Source: Acidobacteriota bacterium
Lineage (GTDB): Bacteria; Acidobacteriota; UBA6911; JACQSX01
Reading direction: 5' to 3'
Length of the DNA stretch: 64,000 bases
Assembly (NCBI GenBank): GCA_036507075.1
Contig: DASXQR010000082.1
Coordinates: 1 to 64,000 of the forward strand
In this document: positions 39,820 through 50,344 of the stretch, piece by piece
Layout: each line of letters starts with the position of its first letter
Numbering within the stretch: the first letter of the stretch is position 1
Notes under the pieces: model-generated
Database searches by the model: none
The model's input: the letters and a program-made list of their open reading frames with translations, nothing else
Told to the model about the DNA's origin: nothing
Program-made: the position numbers and the translations under genes

Positions 39820-42738
39820 ATGAGAAAAGTCCTGGTCGCGGGTGGCCTTGCATTTTCCTGCGTAGTCCTTATTGTGTGGGCCAGGGGAGTTCCCGAGTTT
39901 ATACTCTCCTCGCAGCAAAGATTGGTGTTTTCTTCGCCTCAGAACACGGCGGGTGCGCAGCAGTCGCAGCAATCGCCGAGACGATTCCAACTGCCGAAGC
40001 TGCCCTCTTTGCCTGCAAGTTTTCTCGTCCGCTTCGGCCTGCGCGACAATGGCGAGTCGACGTGGGATGGCAAAGTCGAAAGCACCGACCGTCGCATCGT
40101 TTCGCTGCGAGGCTGGCAGTTTGAAGAGGCCGACACCATCGACATGGCCAGCCTGAGCTGGCGCTGCAAAACCAGACTTGCTGTCTTCAATTCTCCCGGG
40201 ATGTTCAACGCGCCTCCTCCGCTCAACCTTGTTCCGAAGGGCGTCATCATCGCTGTGGAATCAAATGCGCGCGCGCCGATCCGGATCAGTACAGCGCGCG
40301 GATACTTTGAATTCACGCCTTCAGACATACAACCGGGGTCGTCGCGGACGCTGCTGGACGGGCAGGTCTCGGTGGAAGCAATTGAAGGCGGCGAGAAACT
40401 TGGCGATGATTCAAGCCAGGATGATTACCCCGCAGCCGCTTTCGACAACCGGCAGCGATTCTGGATTTCATGGATTGCCTATCGCCAGTCCAAAGACATC
40501 GTGCGCGCGCGGTTTCAAAATGTGGACGGCAGTTGGAGTCAGACGTTTGATGTAAGTGAATGGGGAGATCACTACCAGACTTCGCTGGCTGCAGACGCCA
40601 AGGGCGGCGTTTGGATCTTCTGGTCGGGCCAGAAGGACGGCAACTGGGATATTTTCGCGCGCCATTGGGACGGCACCCGGTGGTCCGGGATTGATCGACT
40701 CACCGAATCGCCGGAACCCGATCTGTTTCCCAAAGCGGTTTCCGGGCGCGACGGGGCGGTGTTTCTAACGTGGCAGGGGTTTCGACGGGGCCAGTCAGAC
40801 ATCTTATTACGCTCTTTGCGTGACAACGCCTGGAGCGCGGAAATGCGTGTAAGTGATTCCGCGGGCAACGACTGGCAGCCCTCTGCTGCCGTTGGCGCCG
40901 ATGGCAGACTCTGGATTGCCTGGGACAGTTACAGTTCGGGCAACTATGATGTCGTGCTGCGCAGCGTGCAGAACGGAATTGCGGACAAGATTATTCCAGT
41001 CGCCGACTCGGCCCTCTTTGAAGCGCATGCGGCCGTAGCTGTCGATGCGCAGGGAAATCCGTGGGTCGCCTGGGACCAAGGCGCCGCAAACTGGGGGAAA
41101 GACTGGGCGCGCGATGATACGTTTCGCGGTTCGCTTCTCTACTTGTGGCGGCACAGCGCGATCGCGCGTGTCGGCCCCGACGGCGTGAAGGCGACTGCCG
41201 CCCCGCTGCAGCACGCCCTGCCTGAAAGTCTCCGCCGTTTCCAGCAGGTACCGCAGCCCGTATTCGATGCAGAAGGGAGACTCTGGGTTTTTTTTCGGAC
41301 CCGCACCGCCGTCCTGAACAACCGCTACGACGGCTGGGCGAACGGCGGCCGCTGGGAGACCTTTGTGACCCGTTATGACGGCGACCGGTGGTTGCCGGCT
41401 ACGTATATTAATGAAAGTGTCGGGGGAAGCGAGGTCCCGGTCTCTGCGGCGCCCGCCGCCGACGGGCTGCGCGTTGTCTGGTCCTCGGACCAGCGCCCGT
41501 TCCGGCTCGCCGGAGGATTCGGCGCCCGCTTCACGCGAAACAATAATCTCTTTCTGGCGGGGATTAAGGCCGGCGGCCCCGCCCCTCAACAGGTCGCGCT
41601 CAAAGAACCTACGCGCCCCGGCCCTCTGGTCGCTTCACCGGTGCACCCGGACGAGAAACAAAACCTGCAGCAGATTCGAACCTATCAGGTGCAAATGGGC
41701 GGAAAAACGCTGCGGATCTTTCGCGGCGACCTGCACCGGCACACCGACATCTCCGCCGACGGCGCCGGCGACGGCTCGCTGCTGGATCTTTATCGTTATT
41801 CGCTCGACGCCGCCTCGCTCGATTATGTCCTGGTCTCCGATCACAACATGGGCGGCGACGACGAGTACAGTTGGTGGCGCACTCAGAAATCGAATGACCT
41901 TTTTAAGATCGGAAGCACATTTGTTCCTCTCTATGGATATGAGCGAAGCGTGAGCTACCCGAACGGACATCGAAACGTGATATTCCTGGAGCGCGGCGTG
42001 CGAACGCTTCCCATCAAGCCGGAAGAAAATCAGGGAAGGGTAAACAGCGGCGCGATTCTTTATCCGCACTTGCGACAGAACCAGGGGATTACCACCAGTC
42101 ATTCCGGCGCGACCAGCCAGGGCTCGGACTGGCGCGACTGGGACATCGAGTTGGAGCCGATTGTGGAGCTCTACCAGGGATACCACGCTTCATATGAATA
42201 TGAAGGCGCTCCCAAGGCGGAGACGAGCCGCTTCATCCAACGTGTGCATGGCGGTTACGAGCCTGCGGGGTTCTGGTGGAACGCGTTAAATAAGGGATAC
42301 AAGCTGGGAGTTCAGGCCAGCTCCGATCACCTGGCGACTCACACTTCTTACGCGTGCATCTACGCCGCCGACCTCTCGCGAAGCGCGCTGATGGATGCGA
42401 TGAAGGCGCGGCACACCTACGCTGCGACCGACAACATCGTCGTCGATTTCCGCACCACCGGCGATGATGGCGAGCACATCATGGGCGACGTGACAGCGGT
42501 AAGCAGCAAGCCGCGGTTCACGGTGAAGATTTATGGGACGTCGAAAATTTCCGAGCTGGCGCTGATCCGCAGCGGAAAATTTTTGTACACCCTTCAGCCG
42601 GGATCGCAAAATGTTGACCTTTCATTGATGGACAACCAGCCGCTGGAAAATCAGGAGGCATGGTATTACGTGCGCGTGACGCAGGACGATCGACAGATGG
42701 CGTGGTCCTCGCCGATCTGGGTAACAGTGAAGCGGTAA
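39820..42738 (+). CDS. secreted beta-propeller + PHP-like metallohydrolase (DUF3604/CehA-McbA-like)
   Basis: Trp-rich repeats then FRGDLHRHT..S.DG, SDHN, GYE, GHRNV, TSH, ASSDH, RHTYAAT, YYVRVTQ..MAWSSPIW. Confidence 0.85.
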   Translation: MRKVLVAGGLAFSCVVLIVWARGVPEFILSSQQRLVFSSPQNTAGAQQSQQSPRRFQLPKLPSLPASFLVRFGLRDNGESTWDGKVESTDRRIVSLRGWQFEEADTIDMASLSWRCKTRLAVFNSPGMFNAPPPLNLVPKGVIIAVESNARAPIRISTARGYFEFTPSDIQPGSSRTLLDGQVSVEAIEGGEKLGDDSSQDDYPAAAFDNRQRFWISWIAYRQSKDIVRARFQNVDGSWSQTFDVSEWGDHYQTSLAADAKGGVWIFWSGQKDGNWDIFARHWDGTRWSGIDRLTESPEPDLFPKAVSGRDGAVFLTWQGFRRGQSDILLRSLRDNAWSAEMRVSDSAGNDWQPSAAVGADGRLWIAWDSYSSGNYDVVLRSVQNGIADKIIPVADSALFEAHAAVAVDAQGNPWVAWDQGAANWGKDWARDDTFRGSLLYLWRHSAIARVGPDGVKATAAPLQHALPESLRRFQQVPQPVFDAEGRLWVFFRTRTAVLNNRYDGWANGGRWETFVTRYDGDRWLPATYINESVGGSEVPVSAAPAADGLRVVWSSDQRPFRLAGGFGARFTRNNNLFLAGIKAGGPAPQQVALKEPTRPGPLVASPVHPDEKQNLQQIRTYQVQMGGKTLRIFRGDLHRHTDISADGAGDGSLLDLYRYSLDAASLDYVLVSDHNMGGDDEYSWWRTQKSNDLFKIGSTFVPLYGYERSVSYPNGHRNVIFLERGVRTLPIKPEENQGRVNSGAILYPHLRQNQGITTSHSGATSQGSDWRDWDIELEPIVELYQGYHASYEYEGAPKAETSRFIQRVHGGYEPAGFWWNALNKGYKLGVQASSDHLATHTSYACIYAADLSRSALMDAMKARHTYAATDNIVVDFRTTGDDGEHIMGDVTAVSSKPRFTVKIYGTSKISELALIRSGKFLYTLQPGSQNVDLSLMDNQPLENQEAWYYVRVTQDDRQMAWSSPIWVTVKR

Positions 42739-42750
42739 TGAGGTACAGTC

Positions 42751-44187
42751 ATGAGGAATCCAGTTTTTTCCCATCCGCTTTTAACCGGCGCGCTGCTCTT
42801 GCTTGTTTCGAGTACGGCCTCGCCCCAGAACTGGCCGCAGTGGCGCGGGCCCGATGCCAATGGCGTCTCTCAGGAAACCGGACTGCCGGTCCGATGGAGC
42901 CAGTCGGAGAATATTGCCTGGAAAGTGGGCCTTCCGGGCCGCGGTATGTCAACGCCGATCATTTGGGCTGACCGAATCTTTGTGACGTCACAGGTCGGTT
43001 CCGGCATTGTGGAGGCGCGTTCGGCGCGTTATGAAGGTCCCGTCCCAAGCGACGACACGCCGGTGACTTTCGTTCTCCAATGCTTCAGGCGCGAGGACGG
43101 GAAGCTCCTCTGGGAGCATCGCATGGCTGCGGAAAAGCCTCTTCCTCCGGTCCATGTCTTTCACAACCTGTCGACGCCCAGCCCGGTCACCGACGGCGAG
43201 CGTGTCTACGTCTGGTTCGGAACGGGCCAGTTGTTTGCGTTCACACTGGACGGCAAGGTCGTCTGGAAGCGCAATCTGGCGCAGGAGTATTCGCCGTTCA
43301 AGCTGCTCTGGGGCCACGGTAGCTCGCCGGTTGTGTACAGGGATTATTTAATCTTGCTCTGCGATCACGATCCGGCGGCCTACCTGCTCGCCCTCGACCG
43401 GCGCTCTGGAAAGGAGATCTGGAAGGCGGACCGGGGCAAGGAGCTTCGTTCCTACAGCACGCCTTTTCTGGTAGCAGTCGGGGATCGCCGCGAGTTGATC
43501 GTCAATTCTAATCCGCGCATCGACGCGTACGACCCGGAAACGGGCCGGCTCCTCTGGTATGCTGAGGGCGACTGCAAGGTGCCTATCCCGATGCCGGTCA
43601 GCGCTCACGGTATCCTCTATGCCAGCCGCGGATACAACAGCGGGCCCTACATGGCGATCCGGCCCGGCGGAAGCGGGGATGTGAGCCAGACGCGCGTTCT
43701 CTGGCGGGTCCCGACGGGAGCGCCTTACGTCTCGTCGTTTTTATATTACCGGGAGCTGCTTTATATGGCGACCGAAGTCGGAGTTGTTCGCTGCATCGAT
43801 CCGGAGACTGGAGCGACGCTGTGGACGCAGAGAATCGGCGGGAACTTTTCGGCCTCGCCGGTCGGTGCGGACGGGAAAATCTATCTTCTGAATGAGGACG
43901 GCGAGACAGTGGTGCTGCAGGCGGGTCGCGAGTGCGTGATCCTCGCCCGGAATGCCCTGAACGAACTGTGCCGGGCGTCTCTGGCGGTGGCGCGGCGACA
44001 GATCTTCATTCGCTCGGACCAGCACCTCTACTGCATCGGCGCTCAGGAGCGCCAGCGAGCGGACTCAGATGGTTTCCGAGAAACATGGATTGAACGGCGA
44101 GCAGAGCTTCGCCCTGGAGTTTCTACATTTTGGAAGCGGAGAGACGGCCTGAGGGCCGTCTCAGCTTTGCAGGTTACATCGCGCTGA
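42751..44187 (+). CDS. PQQ-binding-like (BamB-like) beta-propeller protein; C-terminus runs into a repeat element
   Basis: NWPQWRGP, STPIIW, SPVTDGERV, SSPVV, SYSTP, IFIRSDQHLYCIG. Confidence 0.9.
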   Translation: MRNPVFSHPLLTGALLLLVSSTASPQNWPQWRGPDANGVSQETGLPVRWSQSENIAWKVGLPGRGMSTPIIWADRIFVTSQVGSGIVEARSARYEGPVPSDDTPVTFVLQCFRREDGKLLWEHRMAAEKPLPPVHVFHNLSTPSPVTDGERVYVWFGTGQLFAFTLDGKVVWKRNLAQEYSPFKLLWGHGSSPVVYRDYLILLCDHDPAAYLLALDRRSGKEIWKADRGKELRSYSTPFLVAVGDRRELIVNSNPRIDAYDPETGRLLWYAEGDCKVPIPMPVSAHGILYASRGYNSGPYMAIRPGGSGDVSQTRVLWRVPTGAPYVSSFLYYRELLYMATEVGVVRCIDPETGATLWTQRIGGNFSASPVGADGKIYLLNEDGETVVLQAGRECVILARNALNELCRASLAVARRQIFIRSDQHLYCIGAQERQRADSDGFRETWIERRAELRPGVSTFWKRRDGLRAVSALQVTSR

Positions 44188-44640
44188 GACGGCCTTCAGG
44201 CCGTCTCCTGGAGTTTGGACATTTACAAACGTAGCGCCGCGGCATGTCGCGGCAGAGCTCCGACGCGGCATGCCGCGTCTCTACACCAGAAAATATCCGA
44301 ACTCCATGGGGGCCGCTTTGCGGCCCCCGGACGCGACATGTCGCGTCCAGAGACGGCCTTCAGGCCGTCTCTCCGCTGGCTTATCTCTGCCGTTTCATCT
44401 CCCATCTGCGCGGGTTCAACGCGGTAGTAGTTTCGAAAAAGAGTCATGCAGGACATAACCGGACAGGAAGCGATTTTGCGAAAAAAAATTGAGATGGGTG
44501 AGACGGCCTGAGGGCCGTCTCTACTCACAAAAAGTAGGATTCCCTGAGACGACCCTCAGGCCGTCTCTCCTCACAAAAGGATTCCCTGAGACGACCCTCA
44601 GGCCGTCTCTCCCATCCCAAAAATGTAGAAACTCCAGGGC
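44111..44640. mobile_element. 530-bp composite MITE-like element with 21-bp terminal inverted repeats, filled with REP hairpins
   Basis: GCCCTGGAGTTTCTACATTTT (44111-44131) / AAAATGTAGAAACTCCAGGGC (44620-44640); six GAGACGGCC-TGAG/TTCA-GGCCGTCTC-type hairpins inside. Confidence 0.75.
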
Positions 44641-44823
44641 AGAAAAGCTTGTCTATCTATGACAAAAAGATCATATTAGATGCCACGCAAGCCTAGGGGG
44701 ACCCCTGATGCAGCTCGGTGTTTTGCCGGCACGCCCAAAGGAGCCTACCCTTTGTCATCTTGGTCAAATCGACCATCAGTTGGCCCCGCCATCATTTGTC
44801 GCTCTGTCGACAGGAGAATCTAA

Positions 44824-47800
44824 ATGAATACCAGAAAAGGACATTCAGTTCGATCGTGCAATCTCTTTGCAGATCTCATTCTCTCCTTCTGTATCAGTTG
44901 GTGTCTTACCGCCGGGTCGGCTCCGGACGCTTTGGCCCAGAACATCACCGGGACGATCGTGGGCACCGTCAAAGACAGTTCGGGCGGGGTCATACCAGGC
45001 GCCAGAGTGAGCCTGATTAATATGGATACGAATGTCCAGGTCGCAGTCCAAACCGACGAATCTGGAGACTTCGTGGCTCCGAGCCTGTTGCCGGCAGTCT
45101 ATGACGTCAGAACCGAGGCTCCCGGATTCAAGGTGAATGTAATCGAAAGGGTCCGGCTGCTGGCCAATCGCACGGTGCGCCTGGAGGTAGTGCTGCAACC
45201 GGGAGAGATTGCGGAACGGATCGAAGTGCAAGCGACCGCTCCGGTGGTCAATTCTGAAAATGCCACCATCGGAAATATTCTGGAAAGTCAGATCATCACC
45301 ACACTACCATTGAACGGGCGCACGCTCGATCGGCTCATCCGCATCTCTGCCGGCGTCACCACTGACAGTGCTTCCAACCCGAGAGTGGCCGGCAGCTCCT
45401 ATTGGGGAGGGATTCACTTCAACCTCGATGGCATTACCTACAACGATTCGGGCAATGGCGGCGCTGCTTACTCGTTCCGCAATGGCGCCGCGACCCTGCC
45501 TTCGGTGGATGCTGTGGCTGAGTTCAAGATCGATTCCAGCAATCAAAAGGCCGAGTTTGAAGGCTCAGCTTCTGTGACCATCGTTTCCAAGACCGGAAGC
45601 AACGCGTTCCACGGCTCCGTTTTTGAGTTCAACCGGAACAAGGCTTATGCGGCGAAGAACCGCTTTGCCACCACTGTGCCCAAGCCGCCCTTTAATCGCA
45701 ATGAGTTCGGTTTTTCCATCGGCGGTCCGATTCGTAAGGACCGAACCTTCTTCTTCGCCGATTACGAAGGGTTGCGAGAGCGCTTTCCACGCGTCAACAC
45801 TCTGTCCGTTGCCACTGCGGCCATGCGCGGCGGAGATTTTACCGGGCTGCCGCCCATCATAGATCCTGTAACTCGCCAGCCGTTCACCGACAATCGGATT
45901 CCATCGAATCGCATTGATGCGCGCTCGCAGGCTTTGCTCAAGTTTGTGCCCCTGCCGAATCTGGCCGGAATCGGCCCCGCTGGAACATTGAACAACTATG
46001 TGGGAAACATCGGCAATATTTCCGACATCAACCGGTATGGCGTCCGCCTGGACCACAGGCTGTCGAACCTTGACAGCCTGTGGGGCAGCTTTAATTATTC
46101 CAAGGGCTCTCCTTACGTCGTGGCACAGGCATTCCCGCCAGGTTATGGCAGTTGGAGCGATGGTGGTTACCAGACCGAGAACCTGAATGTAACACACGCG
46201 CACACCTTCTCCTCACACGCCATGAACGAGTTTCGCTTTGGCTGGTTTTACCATGGCAGCGTGCGTCTCGGCATGAACACCGACTTCGATCCGAGAACGC
46301 TCTTCCCCGATCTTTATGGCCCTCTCCCGCAGGGAGGACTGCCCAACGTCGGGATTAGCAATCATGTTTCAATCGGAGACTACGGCGGAAGCGCGCGCGG
46401 AAAGCAGTACACCAATCAGTACATCGATAACTTCACTTACGTGCGTGGGCGGCATACGCTGAAGACCGGCATTGATTTTGCCAACTACCGGGTATCCACT
46501 CCTCCGGGGGCATTCGGTCTTTTGACGGGCATCGCGCAAGAGGCGGCCTTCGGACGGTTCACATTCAACGGGCGTTATACCAATAACAATCCTTCGGCTG
46601 CCGCGCAACCCGCGCATGCTTTTGCCGACTTTCTGCTCGGCTATCCGGTTACCACATTTCGCTCTACTCCCACTGCCGTCAGTCTCTTCTACCAGACCCG
46701 CTACAGCGGCTATGTTCAGGATGACTGGCGCGTCTCGCCTCGGCTGACTCTGAACTTTGGCCTGCGATACATGGTGCAGACCTCATGGAAAGAGCGGGAC
46801 CGGGCCCAGGCCAATTTAGATTTCGCATCGGGGAAACTGGTCATTCCCGGAAGCCAGCTTCCGCCTCAGACTATTGCGCGACTTGTGGGCGCCTATCCCA
46901 TCGTCACCTCCAAACAGGCAGGTCTGCCCGACGAGGTGTTGGAAACAGACAAGAACAACTTTGCACCGCGGATTGGTTTTGCTTATCGTCCATTCGCCAA
47001 CAGCAGAACAGTGATCCGCGGCGGCGCCGGGATTTTTTACAACACACTGCCCGTCTACATCGGCTTTCGGCAGATGGGGTTCAGCAATCCGCCCTTCCTG
47101 CTGTCTGAAACTTTCGAGGCCGCCGCGGGATTAACGCCTTCTCTGACGCTGGCCCAACCCTTTCCGGGAGCAGGGACGATTTCCCCGAACCCTGCGATCA
47201 CGGCTGTGGAGCGCAGCATCAAGAACAGCGAAGCGCAGCAATGGAACCTTACACTGGAGCAAGAACTGCGGGCGAGTCTTGGAATCCGAATCTCCTACGT
47301 CGGCAACAAAACCAGTCATCTCCCCTGGTACAATCGTTCCATCAACGTTGCGCAGACACAGGCAGCCGGCGCCATTCAACCGCGCCGCCCGTATCAGCCC
47401 TGGTCGGACATTCTGCTTCTGGCAGGCGGCGGGGATTCCACGATCCATCAACTTCAGCTCGAAGCCATCCAGCGTTATTCCAACGGCCTCTCTTTCCAGG
47501 CGGAATACTCCTGGAACCGTTCGCTTGACGACGTGCCGATTGTCGGCGGCCCGCAGGATCCGTACAACAATCGGGCCGACCGGGGAAATTCCGACCAGAT
47601 ACGACGGCATATCTTCACCTTGGCTTACAGCTACGATCTGCCGATCGGTCCGGGGAAGCGCTTCGTCAATGCCGGCGGACCTTTGGGCAAGCTCACGGGC
47701 GGCTGGCAGGTTGCCGGCATTACTTACCTGCGCACAGGCCAGCCGTTCTCTGTGACTTTCAGCTCCACGCAGCCGGGCTGGTTCTCGAGCCGCGCCAATC

Positions 47801-48135
47801 TGGTAGGAGATCCGAAACTTCCGCGTTCGCAAAGATCGATTACGCGCTTCTTTGATCCTTCGGCCTTTGCCGTGCCTGCGCCCTTCACGTACGGGAATTC
47901 CGGCCGCAACATGCTCTTCGGCCCGGGCGACATCATCGTTGATCTGAGCGTCCTGAAGAACACCAAGATTGGAGAACGGGTGACGGCGCAGTTCCGGGCC
48001 GAATTTTTCAATCTGCCCAACCACCCAAACTTCGGCAACCCGGCTGCCAACATCTCCGTCCCGGCCCAGGTGGGTCGCATTTTCGGAGCCGGCGACCCGC
48101 GCCAGATTCAGTTTGGGATGAAGGTTCTTTTTTGA
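44824..48135 (+). CDS. TonB-dependent receptor, Oar-like
   Basis: GTVKDSSGGVIPGA, LPLNGR, KTGSNAFHGSVFEFNRN, VQDDWRV, C-terminal RQIQFGMKVLF. Confidence 0.93.
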   Translation: MNTRKGHSVRSCNLFADLILSFCISWCLTAGSAPDALAQNITGTIVGTVKDSSGGVIPGARVSLINMDTNVQVAVQTDESGDFVAPSLLPAVYDVRTEAPGFKVNVIERVRLLANRTVRLEVVLQPGEIAERIEVQATAPVVNSENATIGNILESQIITTLPLNGRTLDRLIRISAGVTTDSASNPRVAGSSYWGGIHFNLDGITYNDSGNGGAAYSFRNGAATLPSVDAVAEFKIDSSNQKAEFEGSASVTIVSKTGSNAFHGSVFEFNRNKAYAAKNRFATTVPKPPFNRNEFGFSIGGPIRKDRTFFFADYEGLRERFPRVNTLSVATAAMRGGDFTGLPPIIDPVTRQPFTDNRIPSNRIDARSQALLKFVPLPNLAGIGPAGTLNNYVGNIGNISDINRYGVRLDHRLSNLDSLWGSFNYSKGSPYVVAQAFPPGYGSWSDGGYQTENLNVTHAHTFSSHAMNEFRFGWFYHGSVRLGMNTDFDPRTLFPDLYGPLPQGGLPNVGISNHVSIGDYGGSARGKQYTNQYIDNFTYVRGRHTLKTGIDFANYRVSTPPGAFGLLTGIAQEAAFGRFTFNGRYTNNNPSAAAQPAHAFADFLLGYPVTTFRSTPTAVSLFYQTRYSGYVQDDWRVSPRLTLNFGLRYMVQTSWKERDRAQANLDFASGKLVIPGSQLPPQTIARLVGAYPIVTSKQAGLPDEVLETDKNNFAPRIGFAYRPFANSRTVIRGGAGIFYNTLPVYIGFRQMGFSNPPFLLSETFEAAAGLTPSLTLAQPFPGAGTISPNPAITAVERSIKNSEAQQWNLTLEQELRASLGIRISYVGNKTSHLPWYNRSINVAQTQAAGAIQPRRPYQPWSDILLLAGGGDSTIHQLQLEAIQRYSNGLSFQAEYSWNRSLDDVPIVGGPQDPYNNRADRGNSDQIRRHIFTLAYSYDLPIGPGKRFVNAGGPLGKLTGGWQVAGITYLRTGQPFSVTFSSTQPGWFSSRANLVGDPKLPRSQRSITRFFDPSAFAVPAPFTYGNSGRNMLFGPGDIIVDLSVLKNTKIGERVTAQFRAEFFNLPNHPNFGNPAANISVPAQVGRIFGAGDPRQIQFGMKVLF

Positions 48136-48156
48136 CGTAAAGGTCTAAAAGGAATT

Positions 48157-48493
48157 CACCACAGAGGCTTAGCGCGGCAAAGCTGCAACTATCAAGGAGA
48201 GACGGCCTGAGGGCCGTCTCTCTGCGGTGCCCTGCCAAGCTGAGACGGCCCTCAGGCCGTCTCTCCGCTCCCGAATAATTTGCGCAGGCCGCGAAAATTC
48301 TCATGGTTAGTAGTACAGGGGACACAGAGAACTTCCCGTGTCCCCTGTGTAACCTGTCGGCAACTTCTTGTTTTTTTAGCAAGATTTTTCAAAAACGTTC
48401 ACGTCAACCACAACGTGGTCGTTGACGTGCCCGTGCTCGTGAACGTCGACGGCTTTTTGGTCGCGGCCTGCGCCGGGCTGTGCCTCTGTGGTT
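48157..48493. repeat. cluster of nested REP-like inverted repeats
   Basis: Outer CCACAGAGGC / GCCTCTGTGG pair, two GAGACGGCC..GGCCGTCTC hairpins, ACAGGGGACAC/GTGTCCCCTGT and ACGTTCACG/CGTGAACGT pairs. Confidence 0.75.
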
Positions 48494-48623
48494 ATAAAGA
48501 AGCATCCCCCATTCCTCAATAATCCCTGTTAACGCTCCCCGTCCCAACGCGTCTTGCAGGATGTCGCGGGCAGAGGGCCCGTGGATGCCGGCCGCCGGCC
48601 GGCGATTCCTTCTGGAGGGAAAA

Positions 48624-49088
48624 ATGATGAGAGCAACTACCCGTCTTGCAATGTCATTGCTGGTGCTCGGCCTGTCGGCCAGTTCCGCCCGGGCCAGCGA
48701 TCCCGTGGGGGTCTACGCGTTGATCGATAAGGTCGTCCTGGAACCCAACGCGGAAGCGCCTGAACGAATTCAGATCTGGGGAGCCTTTTCCGTGGCGATC
48801 GCCAATGATGTGAACTACTACCATCCGGTCGCCCGCGGCTACATGTATTTTTCCGCTCCCAAGGACAAAGAAGAAATTGCCCGCAAGGAGTGGGCTGATT
48901 TGAAGAAAGCCGCCGGCTCGCGCCAGGTCATTGCCTTTGGAAAGCGCTGGGACCTGAAGGCCAGTGTTCGAAAGGCGGACGAGAAACCGAAGTCTCCCGA
49001 TGTCTATCCGCTTTCATCCGGCCTGAGCAGAATCCGGACCGATACCGACTACGCGCCTATCCGTGCCTTGCTCGATCAAAGCAAGTGA
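48624..49088 (+). CDS. secreted hypothetical protein
   Basis: GGAGGG SD, signal peptide, 154 aa; overlaps the start of the next gene. Confidence 0.8.
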   Translation: MMRATTRLAMSLLVLGLSASSARASDPVGVYALIDKVVLEPNAEAPERIQIWGAFSVAIANDVNYYHPVARGYMYFSAPKDKEEIARKEWADLKKAAGSRQVIAFGKRWDLKASVRKADEKPKSPDVYPLSSGLSRIRTDTDYAPIRALLDQSK

Positions 49089-50200
49089 GGTTCGCGATGG
49101 TCACGGCACGTCTCTTCCGCCACTCTGATTGGGATGCACTTTTTGTGGCGCTTGCGATCGCACAGGCTGCGCTTTTTCTTGCCGTTCCGCTGGCGCCTGT
49201 GATCGCGCTTGGAATCTGGTGGAATGCAAACACGATCTCGCACAACTTTATTCACAAACCCTTCTTTCATGACCGCCGTCTGAACGCGCTTTTTTCGCTT
49301 TACCTGAGCGCGTTGCTCTCCATCCCGCAGACTGTCTGGCGCCAGCGCCACCTGGCCCACCATACCGGCGTTGCCTGGCGGCTGCGGATAGACCGGGCGG
49401 CGGTCGCCGAGATCGCTGTTGTGCTGGCCCTCTGGTCGACATTGCTGTGGCTCAATCCTATGTTTCTCCTGAGCGTTTACTTTCCGGCCTATGCCGTGGG
49501 ATTGGGACTTTGCTGGATGCACGGGCATTACGAACACGCTCGTGGAACGGTCAGCCACTACGGGGTTATCTACAACTTCTGCTGTTTCAACGACGGATTT
49601 CATGTCGAGCATCACAGAGAGCCGGGACTCCATTGGAGGCGCCTGCCCGAGCGGGTCCAAACGGGATCGGAGACGAGTTGCTGGCCGGCGCCTCTGCGTT
49701 GGCTTGACTGCGCGCTTGAATGGCTGGAGAAGCCTGTGTTGCGCTCGAGATTGTTGCAGAACTTTGTCCTGCGAAGCCACAGGCGAGCCTTTTCCTCGCT
49801 GCTTTCCAAGCTGCCCCGGCCACACCGGATTGCGATCGTTGGAGGGGGACTCTTTCCCCGCACGGCGCTCATCTTGCGCGAGTTGCTTCCCGAGGCGAAA
49901 CTGGTCCTCATTGATCGTAACGCTCAGAATATCGAAAGGGCCCGCGCGTTTCTGGACTGCGCAGTTGACTTCGTCAACGCCCGATACGAACCGGCGCAGC
50001 ACACCGGTTTTGATCTGGTCGTCATTCCTTTGGCGTTCGTCGGAGATCGCGCCGCGCTCTATCGAAATCCTCCGGCCCCGTTTCTTTTCGTCCACGACTG
50101 GATTTGGCGCAGGCGTGGCACCGGCCGGATTATTTCGATTTTCCTGTTGAAGCGTCTGAATCTGGTTCGGCCAACCGTACCCAACGTGCGGAGAAATTAA
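49085..50200 (+). CDS. membrane fatty-acid desaturase family domain fused to a class I SAM-methyltransferase-like domain
   Basis: His boxes HNFIH, HLAHH, HGHYEH, NDGFHVEHH; C-terminal IAIVGGGLFPRTA...LVLIDR...FDLVVIP. Confidence 0.8.
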   Translation: MRFAMVTARLFRHSDWDALFVALAIAQAALFLAVPLAPVIALGIWWNANTISHNFIHKPFFHDRRLNALFSLYLSALLSIPQTVWRQRHLAHHTGVAWRLRIDRAAVAEIAVVLALWSTLLWLNPMFLLSVYFPAYAVGLGLCWMHGHYEHARGTVSHYGVIYNFCCFNDGFHVEHHREPGLHWRRLPERVQTGSETSCWPAPLRWLDCALEWLEKPVLRSRLLQNFVLRSHRRAFSSLLSKLPRPHRIAIVGGGLFPRTALILRELLPEAKLVLIDRNAQNIERARAFLDCAVDFVNARYEPAQHTGFDLVVIPLAFVGDRAALYRNPPAPFLFVHDWIWRRRGTGRIISIFLLKRLNLVRPTVPNVRRN

Positions 50201-50272
50201 CCGCGAAGGCGCGAAAGCGCGAAAGCAAGAATTGCTCTAGTCCTTTCTGGATGGCCAGAACCGCAGAAATCT

Positions 50273-50340
50273 CAATGGGGGACTGTCCCCTCTTAAAAAT
50301 GGGGACAGTCCCCTTTTAAAAATGGGGACAGTCCCCTTTT
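50273..50340. repeat. REP-like repeats AATGGGGACAGTCCCC (3 units)
   Basis: One inverted and two direct units; related half site at 17160-17176. Confidence 0.7.
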
Positions 50341-50344
50341 ATTT

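Noticed and set aside
44139..44610. GAGACGGCC-N4-GGCCGTCTC repeats as a CRISPR array
   Set aside because: Irregular spacing, mixed orientation, further copies 4 kb away and no cas genes; they behave like REPs
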